This document shows, one piece after another, positions 19,101-28,442 of a stretch of 64,000 nucleotides of DNA. The notes under the pieces are model-generated. The model was not told the DNA's origin, searched no databases, and worked only from the letters and a program-made list of their open reading frames with translations. The position numbers and the translations under genes are program-made. The DNA is from Candidatus Calditenuaceae archaeon (GTDB lineage: Archaea; Thermoproteota; Nitrososphaeria_A; Caldarchaeales; Calditenuaceae). The stretch covers positions 379-64,378 of the forward strand of contig JANXEU010000007.1 of assembly GCA_025058055.1 (NCBI GenBank), written 5' to 3'. Every line of letters begins with the position of its first letter. Position 1 is the first letter of the stretch.

Positions 19101-19127
19101 AAGCAAGTTAGGTTTGCTCTTAATGGC

Positions 19128-20078
19128 ATGAGGATACTAATCACAGGGACAGGTTTCATAGCGAGCTATGTGGCTAAGAAGCTCCTCGATACGGGCGATG
19201 AGGTCACGCTTTACGGCTATTTCGAGAACCCACAGGCTATGGCTAACGTGATCGGCGACTTGGAGAAGGTCGGGAGAGTTAAGGGCGACGTGCTCGAGAC
19301 AGATCATCTGATTCGTACAGTGAAGGAGCGGGAGGTGGATGCTATAGTACACACCGCTGCAGTACTTATCGCTGGTGCGAGGGAGAACCCCTTCAACGCG
19401 GTTAAGGTTAACGTGCTTGGAACGGCATCGGTTCTAGAGGCCGCTCGAACGACTGATGCCAAGAAGGTGGTGTACACGAGCTCCGGAAACGTCTATTCTA
19501 TGTTGAACCCGTTCATCAAATATCTTCCACCCGAAGGCGGCCTCGTTAAGGAAGACGACCAGACAATACCCGGGAGCGTTTACGGAACCACGAAACTCGC
19601 AAGCGAACTCTTAGGCTTGAACCACTCGCAGATATACGGAATCGACTTCGTGGCCCTCAGGCTTCCAACAGTCTACGGCGGCTGGCTTGGTGCCATGGGA
19701 CTAGCCAGCGTCGTGAGGGATATGTGCAGGGCCGCGCTGAGATCTGAACCTTTGACGGTTGAAGAGTACAAGAGCGAATGGTTGCATGTGAAGGATGCAG
19801 CGCTTGCCTGTCAACTCGCCGTTCACTCTAAGAACCTCAAGAACAGAATATTCAATATCGGTACCGCGAAAATAAACTCACTTCGCGAGGCACTTGACGC
19901 GATCTCCGAAGAGCTGAAAAGACCGATCAACAACATAACGATCAAGGAGGTCCAGCGACCGCTTAGGTATCCGGTGGATATAAGCAGGGCGAGGGAGGAG
20001 TTGGGGTTCGAGCCTCAATTCGACTTCAAGTCCGGTGTGATAGATGTCTTGAAGTGGGTACGTTCCTACTACGTCTGA
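19128..20078 (+). CDS. NAD-dependent epimerase/dehydratase (extended SDR) family oxidoreductase
   Basis: MRILITGTGFIASYVAKKLL Rossmann motif. The ORF track starts at GTG 19062. The ATG at 19128 is preceded by TGATATAAAG about 30 nt upstream. Confidence 0.7.
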   Translation: MRILITGTGFIASYVAKKLLDTGDEVTLYGYFENPQAMANVIGDLEKVGRVKGDVLETDHLIRTVKEREVDAIVHTAAVLIAGARENPFNAVKVNVLGTASVLEAARTTDAKKVVYTSSGNVYSMLNPFIKYLPPEGGLVKEDDQTIPGSVYGTTKLASELLGLNHSQIYGIDFVALRLPTVYGGWLGAMGLASVVRDMCRAALRSEPLTVEEYKSEWLHVKDAALACQLAVHSKNLKNRIFNIGTAKINSLREALDAISEELKRPINNITIKEVQRPLRYPVDISRAREELGFEPQFDFKSGVIDVLKWVRSYYV

Positions 20079-20204
20079 CTCCTCTTTCTAAAGGGCTGAA
20101 CGCAGAGCGTCAATCTCCGAACAAGAGGGCACGAATGGAAAGACTTCTAATTACACTCCGATAATCAAGAGGTTTAACGTTGCACCGCGATTAAGGGTCA
20201 ATAT

Positions 20205-20216
20205 TTATATATAAAT
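20205..20216 (+). promoter_or_regulatory. TATA box (tttatatataaa) for ligB-ligA-thioesterase operon
   Basis: A canonical archaeal A/T box lies 28-39 nt upstream of ATG 20244. It is too close to ATG 20226 to serve that start, which supports the downstream start. Confidence 0.55.
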
Positions 20217-20243
20217 GAATGCCATATGAATCTCGAGACGACC

Positions 20244-21062
20244 ATGGTAAAAATTGTGGGTGCATTTGCGACTTCTCACACGCCACAGATCCTCGTCCAG
20301 CCTAAGATCTCAGAAGAGTTCACTAGGCAGCTCCAAGAGGTCCACAACGCCCTTATGCAGGTGGGGAGGAGGATAAAGGAAGCGAACGCAGACACGATAA
20401 TAGTGTTCGGGTCGGATCACATGGAGACGTTCTGGTTGAACAACTACCCGCAACTACTTCTGTTCACGGGGAAGGAGGTTGGTGGGAAGTTCGCTGGGTA
20501 CGAGCTGAGGTTGCCAGCTGACCCGGAACTCTCCAAGGAGTTGCTCTACGGGTTAATTGATTTGGGATTCGACGTCTCCTTCGCCCATGAGCTTGAGCTT
20601 GACCACCCCTATATCTCACCGACGTATTGGGTGCTGAAGGGAGCACAGCACGACTCTTACAGACCGAGAATGATACCATTCCACATCAACAGCAACGTCG
20701 ACCCACGAATCAAACCGAGAAGGGCCTTCGAGCTCGGAAAGGCCATCAGACAGGTCTTGGACGGATCGAAGCTTCAGAACAGAGTTGCCCTGTTAGCGAC
20801 GGGGGGGCTGTCCCACTTCGTCGGCACGCCTTTCTACGGGAAGGTGGATGTCGAGGCTGATAACTTCCTCATCGAGAAGATGAAGGCAGGCAAGGGTTAC
20901 GAGCTGGCCGACCTTACGACGGACTGGCTCGATGAGCATGGCGAGTTCGAGTTCAGAACTTGGCTGACGCTGATAGGGGCCGTGAACAGCGCTCCTGCAG
21001 AGATCATCACTTATCAGAGGGCTTGGCACGCAGGATATTGCGTAGCCTCCTTTAAGGTTTAG
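20244..21062 (+). CDS. ligB: Class III extradiol ring-cleavage dioxygenase catalytic subunit (LigB family; protocatechuate 4,5-dioxygenase beta / gallate dioxygenase-like)
   Basis: MVKIVGAFATSHTPQ... parallels LigB MARVTTGITSSHIP. Fe-binding His motifs are present (GSDHME..., HELELDHPY). The ORF track starts at ATG 20226, but the TATA position favours 20244. Confidence 0.7.
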   Translation: MVKIVGAFATSHTPQILVQPKISEEFTRQLQEVHNALMQVGRRIKEANADTIIVFGSDHMETFWLNNYPQLLLFTGKEVGGKFAGYELRLPADPELSKELLYGLIDLGFDVSFAHELELDHPYISPTYWVLKGAQHDSYRPRMIPFHINSNVDPRIKPRRAFELGKAIRQVLDGSKLQNRVALLATGGLSHFVGTPFYGKVDVEADNFLIEKMKAGKGYELADLTTDWLDEHGEFEFRTWLTLIGAVNSAPAEIITYQRAWHAGYCVASFKV

Positions 21063-21081
21063 ATAAAGAGGTGAGAAGATA

Positions 21082-21384
21082 ATGGTGATCCTATACGGCT
21101 ATCCTGACCCGAAGTACCTGAATTTGTACAAACTCGGCAGAGCCATACACTTGGACCCGCAAGTAAGAGAGAAGTTCAAACTGGACAGAGAAGCGGTGAT
21201 GAACGAGTTCAAGCTCTCTGAGGAAGAAAAAGAGCTCGTCAGATCAGCCGACCCAGTCAAGTTGTTCAAGGCCGGTGTCTCACCCTATACAATCTTCTTC
21301 ATCTGCTGGGAGGGTTACGGATTCATGCAAAAGCCGATTGAAGAACAGATGATGTACAAAAGAATTAAAGAGACACAGCTCTAG
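21082..21384 (+). CDS. ligA: Small subunit of LigAB-type dioxygenase (LigA-like, PF07746-like) - tentative
   Basis: 100 aa ORF 20 nt after the ligB stop with a GGTGA Shine-Dalgarno-like element 9 nt upstream. Its size and position fit a LigA partner. Sequence-level assignment is not certain. Confidence 0.45.
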   Translation: MVILYGYPDPKYLNLYKLGRAIHLDPQVREKFKLDREAVMNEFKLSEEEKELVRSADPVKLFKAGVSPYTIFFICWEGYGFMQKPIEEQMMYKRIKETQL

Positions 21385-21390
21385 AGAATT

Positions 21391-21798
21391 ATGGTTAGAA
21401 GCGTAAAACTGAAGTTCGTGGTGGATTTTTTCGACATCGATGCAAGTGGATGGATAAACGGAGCTGTATACTTCCAATACAACAACAGAATTTTTGAAGA
21501 GTTGCTTAGGAGTAACGGCTACGAATTAAGAGGGCTACTGGAGCGAGGATACGGTTTTCCTCCGGTTCACTACAGAATCGACTACAAGAACGCGGTGATA
21601 TACGGTGACGTTCTTGAAGGTGAACAGGTGGTGACAAGGGTGGGTCGTTCCTCACTTGAGACTGAGTTCAACTTCAGGCGTGCCGATGGTGAATTGATCG
21701 CTCTGGGTACCGTGGTCAGAGTGTTCACAGACATGAGACGCAAGCAATCCGTACCTATTCCTGAAGAGCTGAGGGAGAGACTGTTAAGGGACTTATAG
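21391..21798 (+). CDS. Hotdog-fold acyl-CoA thioesterase (4HBT/YbgC-like)
   Basis: 135 aa. VVDFFDIDASGWINGAVYFQYNN... is the typical 4HBT N-terminal strand-helix. It starts 7 nt after the ligA-like stop. Confidence 0.6.
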   Translation: MVRSVKLKFVVDFFDIDASGWINGAVYFQYNNRIFEELLRSNGYELRGLLERGYGFPPVHYRIDYKNAVIYGDVLEGEQVVTRVGRSSLETEFNFRRADGELIALGTVVRVFTDMRRKQSVPIPEELRERLLRDL

Positions 21799-21845
21799 TG
21801 AAAACATCAATGTGATAACTAAGAAAAAGGGGCGTTTTATTTTCA

Positions 21846-23069
21846 CTACTGCGCAGGTCTGTAGGGCTCTACCGGTGAAGACCTGAATACGACTCTTGGT
21901 ACCCACTTCGCTCCAGGGTTGATCGAGCCGGGGTCTCCTCTCTCGAACTTGTAAAGGATTATTCTGGCCTCTTTGAACTCGCCCCACTCGGTATAGCTCA
22001 ACGGCCACGCGAGCAGCGGGTGATCGAATCTACTGGTCCTGATGTAGTCCGCCACCTTGACCGGATCGACAGATTGAGTCCTCTCGATTGCGTTGGCGAT
22101 GAGCAGTACGTTCAGATACCCGGTCGCTGCGTGGATGTCGAAGAACATGTTGTTAGTACGGTAGAAACGCTCAGCGATTTGTCTGTACTCTGGAGCATCG
22201 AAGTTTATGCACGAGAACTCCAGCAGTCCGGAGTTTATCAGACCGTCTTCTCCGAGGGCTGCCAGCCAGTTATCGACCGGAGTGTAGGAACCTACGAAGA
22301 ACCTAGGCCTCAGACCTATCTCCAGAGCCTGCTTGACGATCGTTGGACCGCCCGGCGGGTGACCCAGCGTAAGCACGACGTCTGGGTTGAGTGGCTGTAT
22401 CCTCCTCAGATAAGAGGTGAAGTCGGTCTCCCTCTGTGGTGCCTCTTCCATCTGATAATTGATGCCGCTGATGGTCTTTATCAGGCGATCTGAAGCGTCT
22501 CTAACCGCGAATCCCCACTCATAGGACGCTATGACGTTAGCGACGTTTCTGAGGTTCTGCTGCCTGATGAACTCAGCTACGGGCTGAGCGTTCATCGGGG
22601 CCGCTGGTAGACACGTTCTGAAGACATACCTGTTGGTTAACGTCAACAGCGTGTGAGACCCAGCCATGTGTAGCAAGAGGGTCACGCGAGCCTTGTTGGC
22701 CTCCGGTGTCAAAGCTGCGGCTATTCCGCTTGAGACTGGGCCGGTTACCGCTACGACCTTGTCCACATCGACGAGTCGTTGAAACGCCGCTACCGCCTCC
22801 TTGGCGTCGTTCTTATCGTCGTAAACCACCAGCTCGACGCGCGCGCCTAGAATGCCACCTCTGTCGTTGATCTCTTTTACCGCCATCTGAGCTCCAGCCA
22901 AGTGTTTCTTTCCCCACGTCGCGAAAGGTCCTGTTAGGGGGTTCAGCGCTCCTATCTTGACTGTCTCTACACCGAGTCTGGGTGCCAACAACGTCGGCAA
23001 CACAAACACTATGGCGATCGCAGCTACAATGACAGCTGCTACGCCCACCACTAAAATTCTCCTATTCAT
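21846..23069 (-). CDS. livK: Leu/Ile/Val-binding protein family ABC substrate-binding protein, membrane-anchored (LivK-like)
   Basis: Type I periplasmic-binding fold (IGALNPLTGPFATWGKKHLAGAQMAVKEIN) with an N-terminal TM anchor. The ORF track starts at GTG 23078; ATG 23069 is preferred. Confidence 0.75.
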   Translation of the reverse strand: MNRRILVVGVAAVIVAAIAIVFVLPTLLAPRLGVETVKIGALNPLTGPFATWGKKHLAGAQMAVKEINDRGGILGARVELVVYDDKNDAKEAVAAFQRLVDVDKVVAVTGPVSSGIAAALTPEANKARVTLLLHMAGSHTLLTLTNRYVFRTCLPAAPMNAQPVAEFIRQQNLRNVANVIASYEWGFAVRDASDRLIKTISGINYQMEEAPQRETDFTSYLRRIQPLNPDVVLTLGHPPGGPTIVKQALEIGLRPRFFVGSYTPVDNWLAALGEDGLINSGLLEFSCINFDAPEYRQIAERFYRTNNMFFDIHAATGYLNVLLIANAIERTQSVDPVKVADYIRTSRFDHPLLAWPLSYTEWGEFKEARIILYKFERGDPGSINPGAKWVPRVVFRSSPVEPYRPAQ

Positions 23070-23148
23070 GCAACCCACCAGATTGTGTTCTAAAATAAAA
23101 ATGCTTTGCAGGAAAGCGTATATGGTCGATGATCAGACCAGAGATCGT

Positions 23149-23856
23149 TTACTTACTCCGCTGCAACTGGAAGTACCTGTATTGTTGACGGGCCTCCCTG
23201 AGCGTCTTGCCGGACCTCACGGACTCGATGATCATCCTCTCCGCCTCTTCGATCTCCTTCGCGTCCCTGAGGACCTCACTCGCCCTCTCTTTGGGAACGC
23301 GGAGAAGCCCTGTGTCGTCGCCAACGATGATGTCGCCCGGCATGATCAGGACTCCGCCTGCCTGTACAGCCACGTTTATCCCATCTATCTGGAGCCGGTC
23401 CTTTCCGGTCCTAGGAATGGTACCTCTCGCGAAGATAGGATATCTGAATCTTAGTATGTTATCGTAATCTCTGAAGACGCCGTCTATCACGGTCCCCGCG
23501 ATCCCCAATTTCATCGCGGTAAAGGTCAGAATGTCTCCCCAACAGGTGTAGCTGGTCACGCCGCCGTTGTCAATCACGATAACGTCACCGGGTTGAGCGA
23601 GATCGAAAAGGTAGTCTCCGATGTCCTCCTTAGTTCCCTGCTCGGCTGGTGAGAGAGGGACGTACCTGACGGTTATGGCAGGGCCTGCGATCCTGACGCC
23701 TTGTACCATCGGACGTATGCCCTCTATTACTCCGCTGATCCTAGTGCGCTCCAATGAGTCAGATATGTTTGGTGTCGAAAGTTCCTTGAAAGCATCGACG
23801 ACGTCCCTTGAAGGTCTGCTCACCTCCTTAACCACAACGGGGTTATAATCACCCAT
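23149..23856 (-). CDS. RraA-family / HMG-CHA aldolase-like protein (paralog 2)
   Basis: MGDYNPVVVKEVSRPSRDVVDAFKEL...GDVIVIDNGG...GIAGTVIDGVFRD...GDIIVGDDTGLLRVP plus a C-terminal extension. The ORF track starts at GTG 23865. Confidence 0.7.
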   Translation of the reverse strand: MGDYNPVVVKEVSRPSRDVVDAFKELSTPNISDSLERTRISGVIEGIRPMVQGVRIAGPAITVRYVPLSPAEQGTKEDIGDYLFDLAQPGDVIVIDNGGVTSYTCWGDILTFTAMKLGIAGTVIDGVFRDYDNILRFRYPIFARGTIPRTGKDRLQIDGINVAVQAGGVLIMPGDIIVGDDTGLLRVPKERASEVLRDAKEIEEAERMIIESVRSGKTLREARQQYRYFQLQRSK

Positions 23857-23962
23857 CTCGTCCACACTCTCAAAGTCAGATTATTAAAAATGCTTGCTGC
23901 TGTTGTCGCAGAGTTAAAAGTTCTTGTCTGAGGGATAAATAGAACCTTGGCGATCCGAACTC

Positions 23963-24637
23963 ATGGTCTCGAGAAAGGTCGTGGACGAATTCGCGAAAAT
24001 TCCCACCTCAAACGTCTCCGACGCCCTCGACAGGTTCAGGATAAAGGGTGGGCTCGAGGACATTTCACCGATCGTGGACAACGTGAGAATCGCAGGTACG
24101 GCGTTCACGGTGAGGTTCGTTCCAGCCAATCAGGTAGAGTTGAAGCCCTGGGTCACGTACATAGACAAGGCCCAGCCTGGCGACGTGGTAGTGATCGATA
24201 ACGGCGGTAGGAAATATTGCACCGTTTGGGGAGGTCTTCTGTCCGCGAGAGCAAAGGACATGGGACTGAGGGGGACGGTGATCGACGGAGTCTGCAGGGA
24301 CATCGACGTTATCAGGGCGATTCGGTACCCGGTCTTCAGCAGAGGTCGGTTCATGATGACCGGTAAGGACAGGGTGCAGCTCGCGGGCCTCAACGAGCCG
24401 ATAAACATCGCAAACGTCCTCATCAAACCTGGTGACGTGATCGTCGCGGACGACAGCGGCGTCGTGGTGGTACCGCAAGAGAAGGCTGAAGAGGTGCTGG
24501 AGGCGGCGCTGGAGATCTACGAGAAAGAATCGAAGATCCTAGAGGAGGTGAAGCGGGGCGTACCGTTATCGGAGGCTAGGGCGAAATACGGTTACGGGGA
24601 ATTGCAGCGCCCCAAAGGCTTAACGCAATCGAAATAG
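23963..24637 (+). CDS. RraA-family / HMG-CHA aldolase-like protein (paralog 3)
   Basis: MVSRKVVDEFAKIPTSNVSDALDRF...GDVVVIDNGG...GLRGTVIDGVCRD...GDVIVADDSGVVVVP. It is divergent from paralog 2 and immediately upstream of the third Mo-hydroxylase. Confidence 0.7.
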   Translation: MVSRKVVDEFAKIPTSNVSDALDRFRIKGGLEDISPIVDNVRIAGTAFTVRFVPANQVELKPWVTYIDKAQPGDVVVIDNGGRKYCTVWGGLLSARAKDMGLRGTVIDGVCRDIDVIRAIRYPVFSRGRFMMTGKDRVQLAGLNEPINIANVLIKPGDVIVADDSGVVVVPQEKAEEVLEAALEIYEKESKILEEVKRGVPLSEARAKYGYGELQRPKGLTQSK

Positions 24638-24664
24638 TGGCCCCTAAATTGGGGGAAGACTACG

Positions 24665-27106
24665 TTGGAGTCCTTACCACCCGAAACGGTTCATAATTTA
24701 TCACGCAAAATAACAACAAGATGGATAGGCAGCCCAGTTAAAAGAAAGGAAGATCTCCGGTTCATAACAGGGAAGGGTCTATTCGTGGACGATTTCAGAT
24801 TCGATAACTGCCTCTATGTCGCATTCGTCAGAGGTAAGGTTGCTCATGCGAAGATAAGACACATAGAGACAGATAAAGCGTCCAGAGTGCGTGGGGTTGT
24901 GAAGGTTCTCACCGGCGAAGAGGTCGCCGATCTCGTCAAACCTTGGCCCCATCTAATTCCAACACCACCTTATTATGGAATCGCTGTTGATAAGATAAGA
25001 TATCAAGGCGAACCTGTGGCTATGGTAATAGCAGAAAGCAAATACGCTGCATGGGACGCGGCAGAGGCGATTGAAGTCTATTGCGAAGGGCTGCGGCCCT
25101 TGGTGACGATCGATGAGGCTTTATCACTCGATGCTCCCCTGATTCACGAGGGGTTCCCACGAAACGTTGCGTGGGAGAAGAAGTTCATTTACGGAGACGT
25201 TGATGGCGACTTCTCAAGGGCCGATAGGGTGGCAAGAGGAAGATACTATTATCACAGGTTCATATCCGCACCTCTGGAACCAACCGCGCTCGCCGCTGTC
25301 TACGATAGACATTCCGGACACCTGACCATCTACGACCAACACCAGCAGGCTCCGATGTATCACGCCAGATACTCCAGGGTGTTAGGCATACCGTCGAACA
25401 GAATTCGCATCAGAGTACCTGACCTAGGAGGAGGATTCGGAAACAAGCAGAGCGTCTACCCATACAGCGCACTAATCGGACTGGCAGCCTTGATAACGGG
25501 AAGACCAGTCAAATTCGTAGCTTCACGATCAGAGGACTTTCAAGCATTGATGCACTCCCCTGATAGATTGGCAAAAGTCGAAGCGGCCTACAAGCTCAAC
25601 GGTGAGGTAATTTCGGTGAGGATGAAGATCTATGACAACTTCGGCGCCTATCTCAGACATCCTGAACCCCATAACGTGACAAGGGCGTTCCCATCGATTG
25701 TCGGTCCTTACAGAATAAAGTCGATCGAGATTGACGCAACAGGGGTGTTCACCAACACCTGCCCGACCGGTCCCAACAGGGGGTACGGACAACAACACGC
25801 TAGCTTCTGCCTTGAGCGCATCATCGACAAGGTGGCTGAGGAGCTCGGATTGGATCCCGTTGAGCTCCGGACGGTCAATTTGATTAGGCGAAACCAGATG
25901 CCCTACGAGACACCCGTTGGATCAGTCTACGACGACGGCGATTACGCAGCAGCGTTGAGTTACGCACTAGAGCTAGCGGAATACGAACAACTCAAGCGAG
26001 AGCGGGAGAAGATGAGAGGAAACGGTGACTTGATGGGGTTGGGCGTTGCCACGATAGTGGAGGGAGGTGCGACCGCCTTCGGGTTCGCTAGGTTGTGGGG
26101 CGGGGATCCGGCCCATGTAGCGGGATATGCCTCCATGGCCGAGTCAGCGTCCGTTAGAGTTCACCCCGACGGGTCAATAACTGTCGCCATGGGAACAGTG
26201 CCACAGGGTCAAGGCCATGAAACCTCTGCTGCACAGATAGTCGCTGATGTTCTGGGCGTCACTCCCGACGACGTGACGGTGATTCCAGGCTTCGATAGCG
26301 ACACGCATCCCTACAGCGCCGCGGGATCAGGCACCTATGCAAGCAGGTTCTCCCAAATAGCAGTAGGCGCGCTGGTCGGAGCCTCACTGCGAATCCGAGA
26401 GAAGGTGTTACACATCGCCGCTCACAAGTTAGAGGCTAACCCTGCAGACTTGGAGATGAGGGACGGCATGATCTACATAAGGGGAAATCAGGAGCGGTTC
26501 ACGACCTTCAGAGAGATAGCTCGAATCGCGCACACCAGATTGGCCGATCTACCTCCGAACACAGAGGCCGGTCTGGATGCGTATTACACCTACCACTTCC
26601 CCTACAGCAAATCGGTCGGTGACGACCTGAGAGGGAACCTCTGTGGGTCATACGCTTTCTTAGCAGGCGTCGCGGCGGTGGTGATCGATAAGGAGACTGG
26701 CGCGGTAGATCTCAGGAGGTTGGTGGTAGTGCACGACTCCGGCAGGGCGTTGAACCCCATGATCCTCGAAGGACAACTGCACGGGGCCGTTGTCAACGGC
26801 ATCGGGGGTGCTCTTCTTGAGGGGTTCGAATATGATCAAGAAGGCAACCTTCTGACTTCAACTTTCGCGGATTATCTGCCTATATCGGCGACCGAGGTAC
26901 CCGAGCTCAGGTTCGGCCACATGGAGACCTCATCTCCTTTCACCCCGTTAGGCGCGAAAGGCAGCGGTGAGGGAGGAACCATATTGGTGCCGGTGCTGAT
27001 TGCCAATGCAATCAACGACGCCCTCAAACCATTAGGAGTCGAGATAACCACGTCGAGACTGACGCCATTCAACGTTTGGCGTTTCATGACCGGAAAAGGC
27101 CTCTGA
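24665..27106 (+). CDS. Molybdopterin-dependent hydroxylase large subunit (XDH/CoxL family), third paralog
   Basis: 813 aa with loop TGPNRGYGQQHASFCLERIID. It lies 27 nt downstream of the RraA-like gene and upstream of two hydrolases. Confidence 0.8.
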   Translation: MESLPPETVHNLSRKITTRWIGSPVKRKEDLRFITGKGLFVDDFRFDNCLYVAFVRGKVAHAKIRHIETDKASRVRGVVKVLTGEEVADLVKPWPHLIPTPPYYGIAVDKIRYQGEPVAMVIAESKYAAWDAAEAIEVYCEGLRPLVTIDEALSLDAPLIHEGFPRNVAWEKKFIYGDVDGDFSRADRVARGRYYYHRFISAPLEPTALAAVYDRHSGHLTIYDQHQQAPMYHARYSRVLGIPSNRIRIRVPDLGGGFGNKQSVYPYSALIGLAALITGRPVKFVASRSEDFQALMHSPDRLAKVEAAYKLNGEVISVRMKIYDNFGAYLRHPEPHNVTRAFPSIVGPYRIKSIEIDATGVFTNTCPTGPNRGYGQQHASFCLERIIDKVAEELGLDPVELRTVNLIRRNQMPYETPVGSVYDDGDYAAALSYALELAEYEQLKREREKMRGNGDLMGLGVATIVEGGATAFGFARLWGGDPAHVAGYASMAESASVRVHPDGSITVAMGTVPQGQGHETSAAQIVADVLGVTPDDVTVIPGFDSDTHPYSAAGSGTYASRFSQIAVGALVGASLRIREKVLHIAAHKLEANPADLEMRDGMIYIRGNQERFTTFREIARIAHTRLADLPPNTEAGLDAYYTYHFPYSKSVGDDLRGNLCGSYAFLAGVAAVVIDKETGAVDLRRLVVVHDSGRALNPMILEGQLHGAVVNGIGGALLEGFEYDQEGNLLTSTFADYLPISATEVPELRFGHMETSSPFTPLGAKGSGEGGTILVPVLIANAINDALKPLGVEITTSRLTPFNVWRFMTGKGL

Positions 27107-27183
27107 TACCTGCTTGCGTCGCTGCGATAGCTCCTAGAAGCTTGCCTTGACTCTCTCGTTCACAATCAGGAAACATTTAATAT

Positions 27184-28119
27184 TTGAACCCAGAATTCAC
27201 TGGCAACGTGAAATTCACCCACCGCATACAGCCTGAGAGAAAGCTGAGGGAGTATGCTTCTCTCCTCGAAGGCGTAGTTGATCTGCACGTACACACTGCG
27301 CCGGACGTACTGACGAGGGCGGTCGACGATTTAGAGTACATCAATTCTCTATCAGAGGTCGGCTACGTTGCCTATCTAGCAAAGAACCACTTCGTAGAGA
27401 CCGCGAGCAGGTCCTACATTTTATCTAAATTCAACGAAAAGGTAAGAGTGTTAGGAGGAGTAGTTCTCAATGAATCTGTCGGAGGGCTGAACCCCTCGGC
27501 TGTCGATAAGGCGTTGTCGATGGGTGCTGCCGAGGTTTGGATGCCTACTTTGGATGCTGAGAACCACATTAGGACGTTCGGAGCTGCACAGCTTCCCACA
27601 ACTCAACGAGTGAGAACGCTCAGTTCGTACAGGGCTCGATCCGCGTGCATAACAGTACTCAACACCGATGGTGAGCTGAAGCCGGAAGTCCAAGAGATCT
27701 TGGAGATGATAGCTGAGGCGGACGCGATTTTGGGCACGGGCCACCTATCTCTGAGGGAGGTCTACAAGGTCGTCGAGGGTGCTAGGAAGGCGGGGGTCAA
27801 GAAGATCTTGGTAACTCACCCGCACTTCAAGGCAACGCGTTTCTACGCCGACGACCAGATCAAATTGGCTGACATGGGAGCGGTCATGGAGCACTGCGCA
27901 GTGGCCGGATACGATCCGAAAGAACTCGCCGAGGACATCAGGAGAATCGGTGTCTCTAGGTGCATCGTCTCGAGTGACGCAGGTCAACCTCACAAGGGAC
28001 ACCCCGTCGATGTTCTCCTCAAGATGATCGAGGAACTGAAGGGCCAAGGAATATCAGACGCTGACATCGAGAGGCTGGTGGTCAAGAACCCGGCCAAGCT
28101 GGTAGAGAACTTCCTCTAG
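27184..28119 (+). CDS. Amidohydrolase-superfamily TIM-barrel metal-dependent hydrolase
   Basis: HxH (VVDLHVHTAPD), later His (ILGTGH, VTHPHF) and a terminal Asp (VSSDAGQPH) in amidohydrolase order. The ORF track starts at TTG 27184, GTG 27205 is also possible, and no ATG lies near the N-terminus. Confidence 0.5.
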   Translation: MNPEFTGNVKFTHRIQPERKLREYASLLEGVVDLHVHTAPDVLTRAVDDLEYINSLSEVGYVAYLAKNHFVETASRSYILSKFNEKVRVLGGVVLNESVGGLNPSAVDKALSMGAAEVWMPTLDAENHIRTFGAAQLPTTQRVRTLSSYRARSACITVLNTDGELKPEVQEILEMIAEADAILGTGHLSLREVYKVVEGARKAGVKKILVTHPHFKATRFYADDQIKLADMGAVMEHCAVAGYDPKELAEDIRRIGVSRCIVSSDAGQPHKGHPVDVLLKMIEELKGQGISDADIERLVVKNPAKLVENFL

Positions 28120-28442
28120 GCCATGAGTCACTCTTCACTCCCCGTCGAGCTGCTCGGTACGATCGAAGAACGCAGGGTTGACGGAATGTCCCGCAATAAG
28201 GTATCGCCCCGAGCGGTCGCGTACGCTGCGTCTCAGGACAACATGAGCTCTCAAACCGTTAAGGGACCTCTTGCCTCGCTTCGGGCAAGATCGCTGTGTG
28301 AACACTCCGGATTCAGGTACCTCTCGGGGCGGGTAACGCAAAGCGAACTGTTGGACACCCCGACCTCAAGGACGATGAGGTCAGAACTCTTTAGACCAAG
28401 GTGTCGTGTGGCACAGCCGGAGGGTGGAGGCAGGAGACAGGG

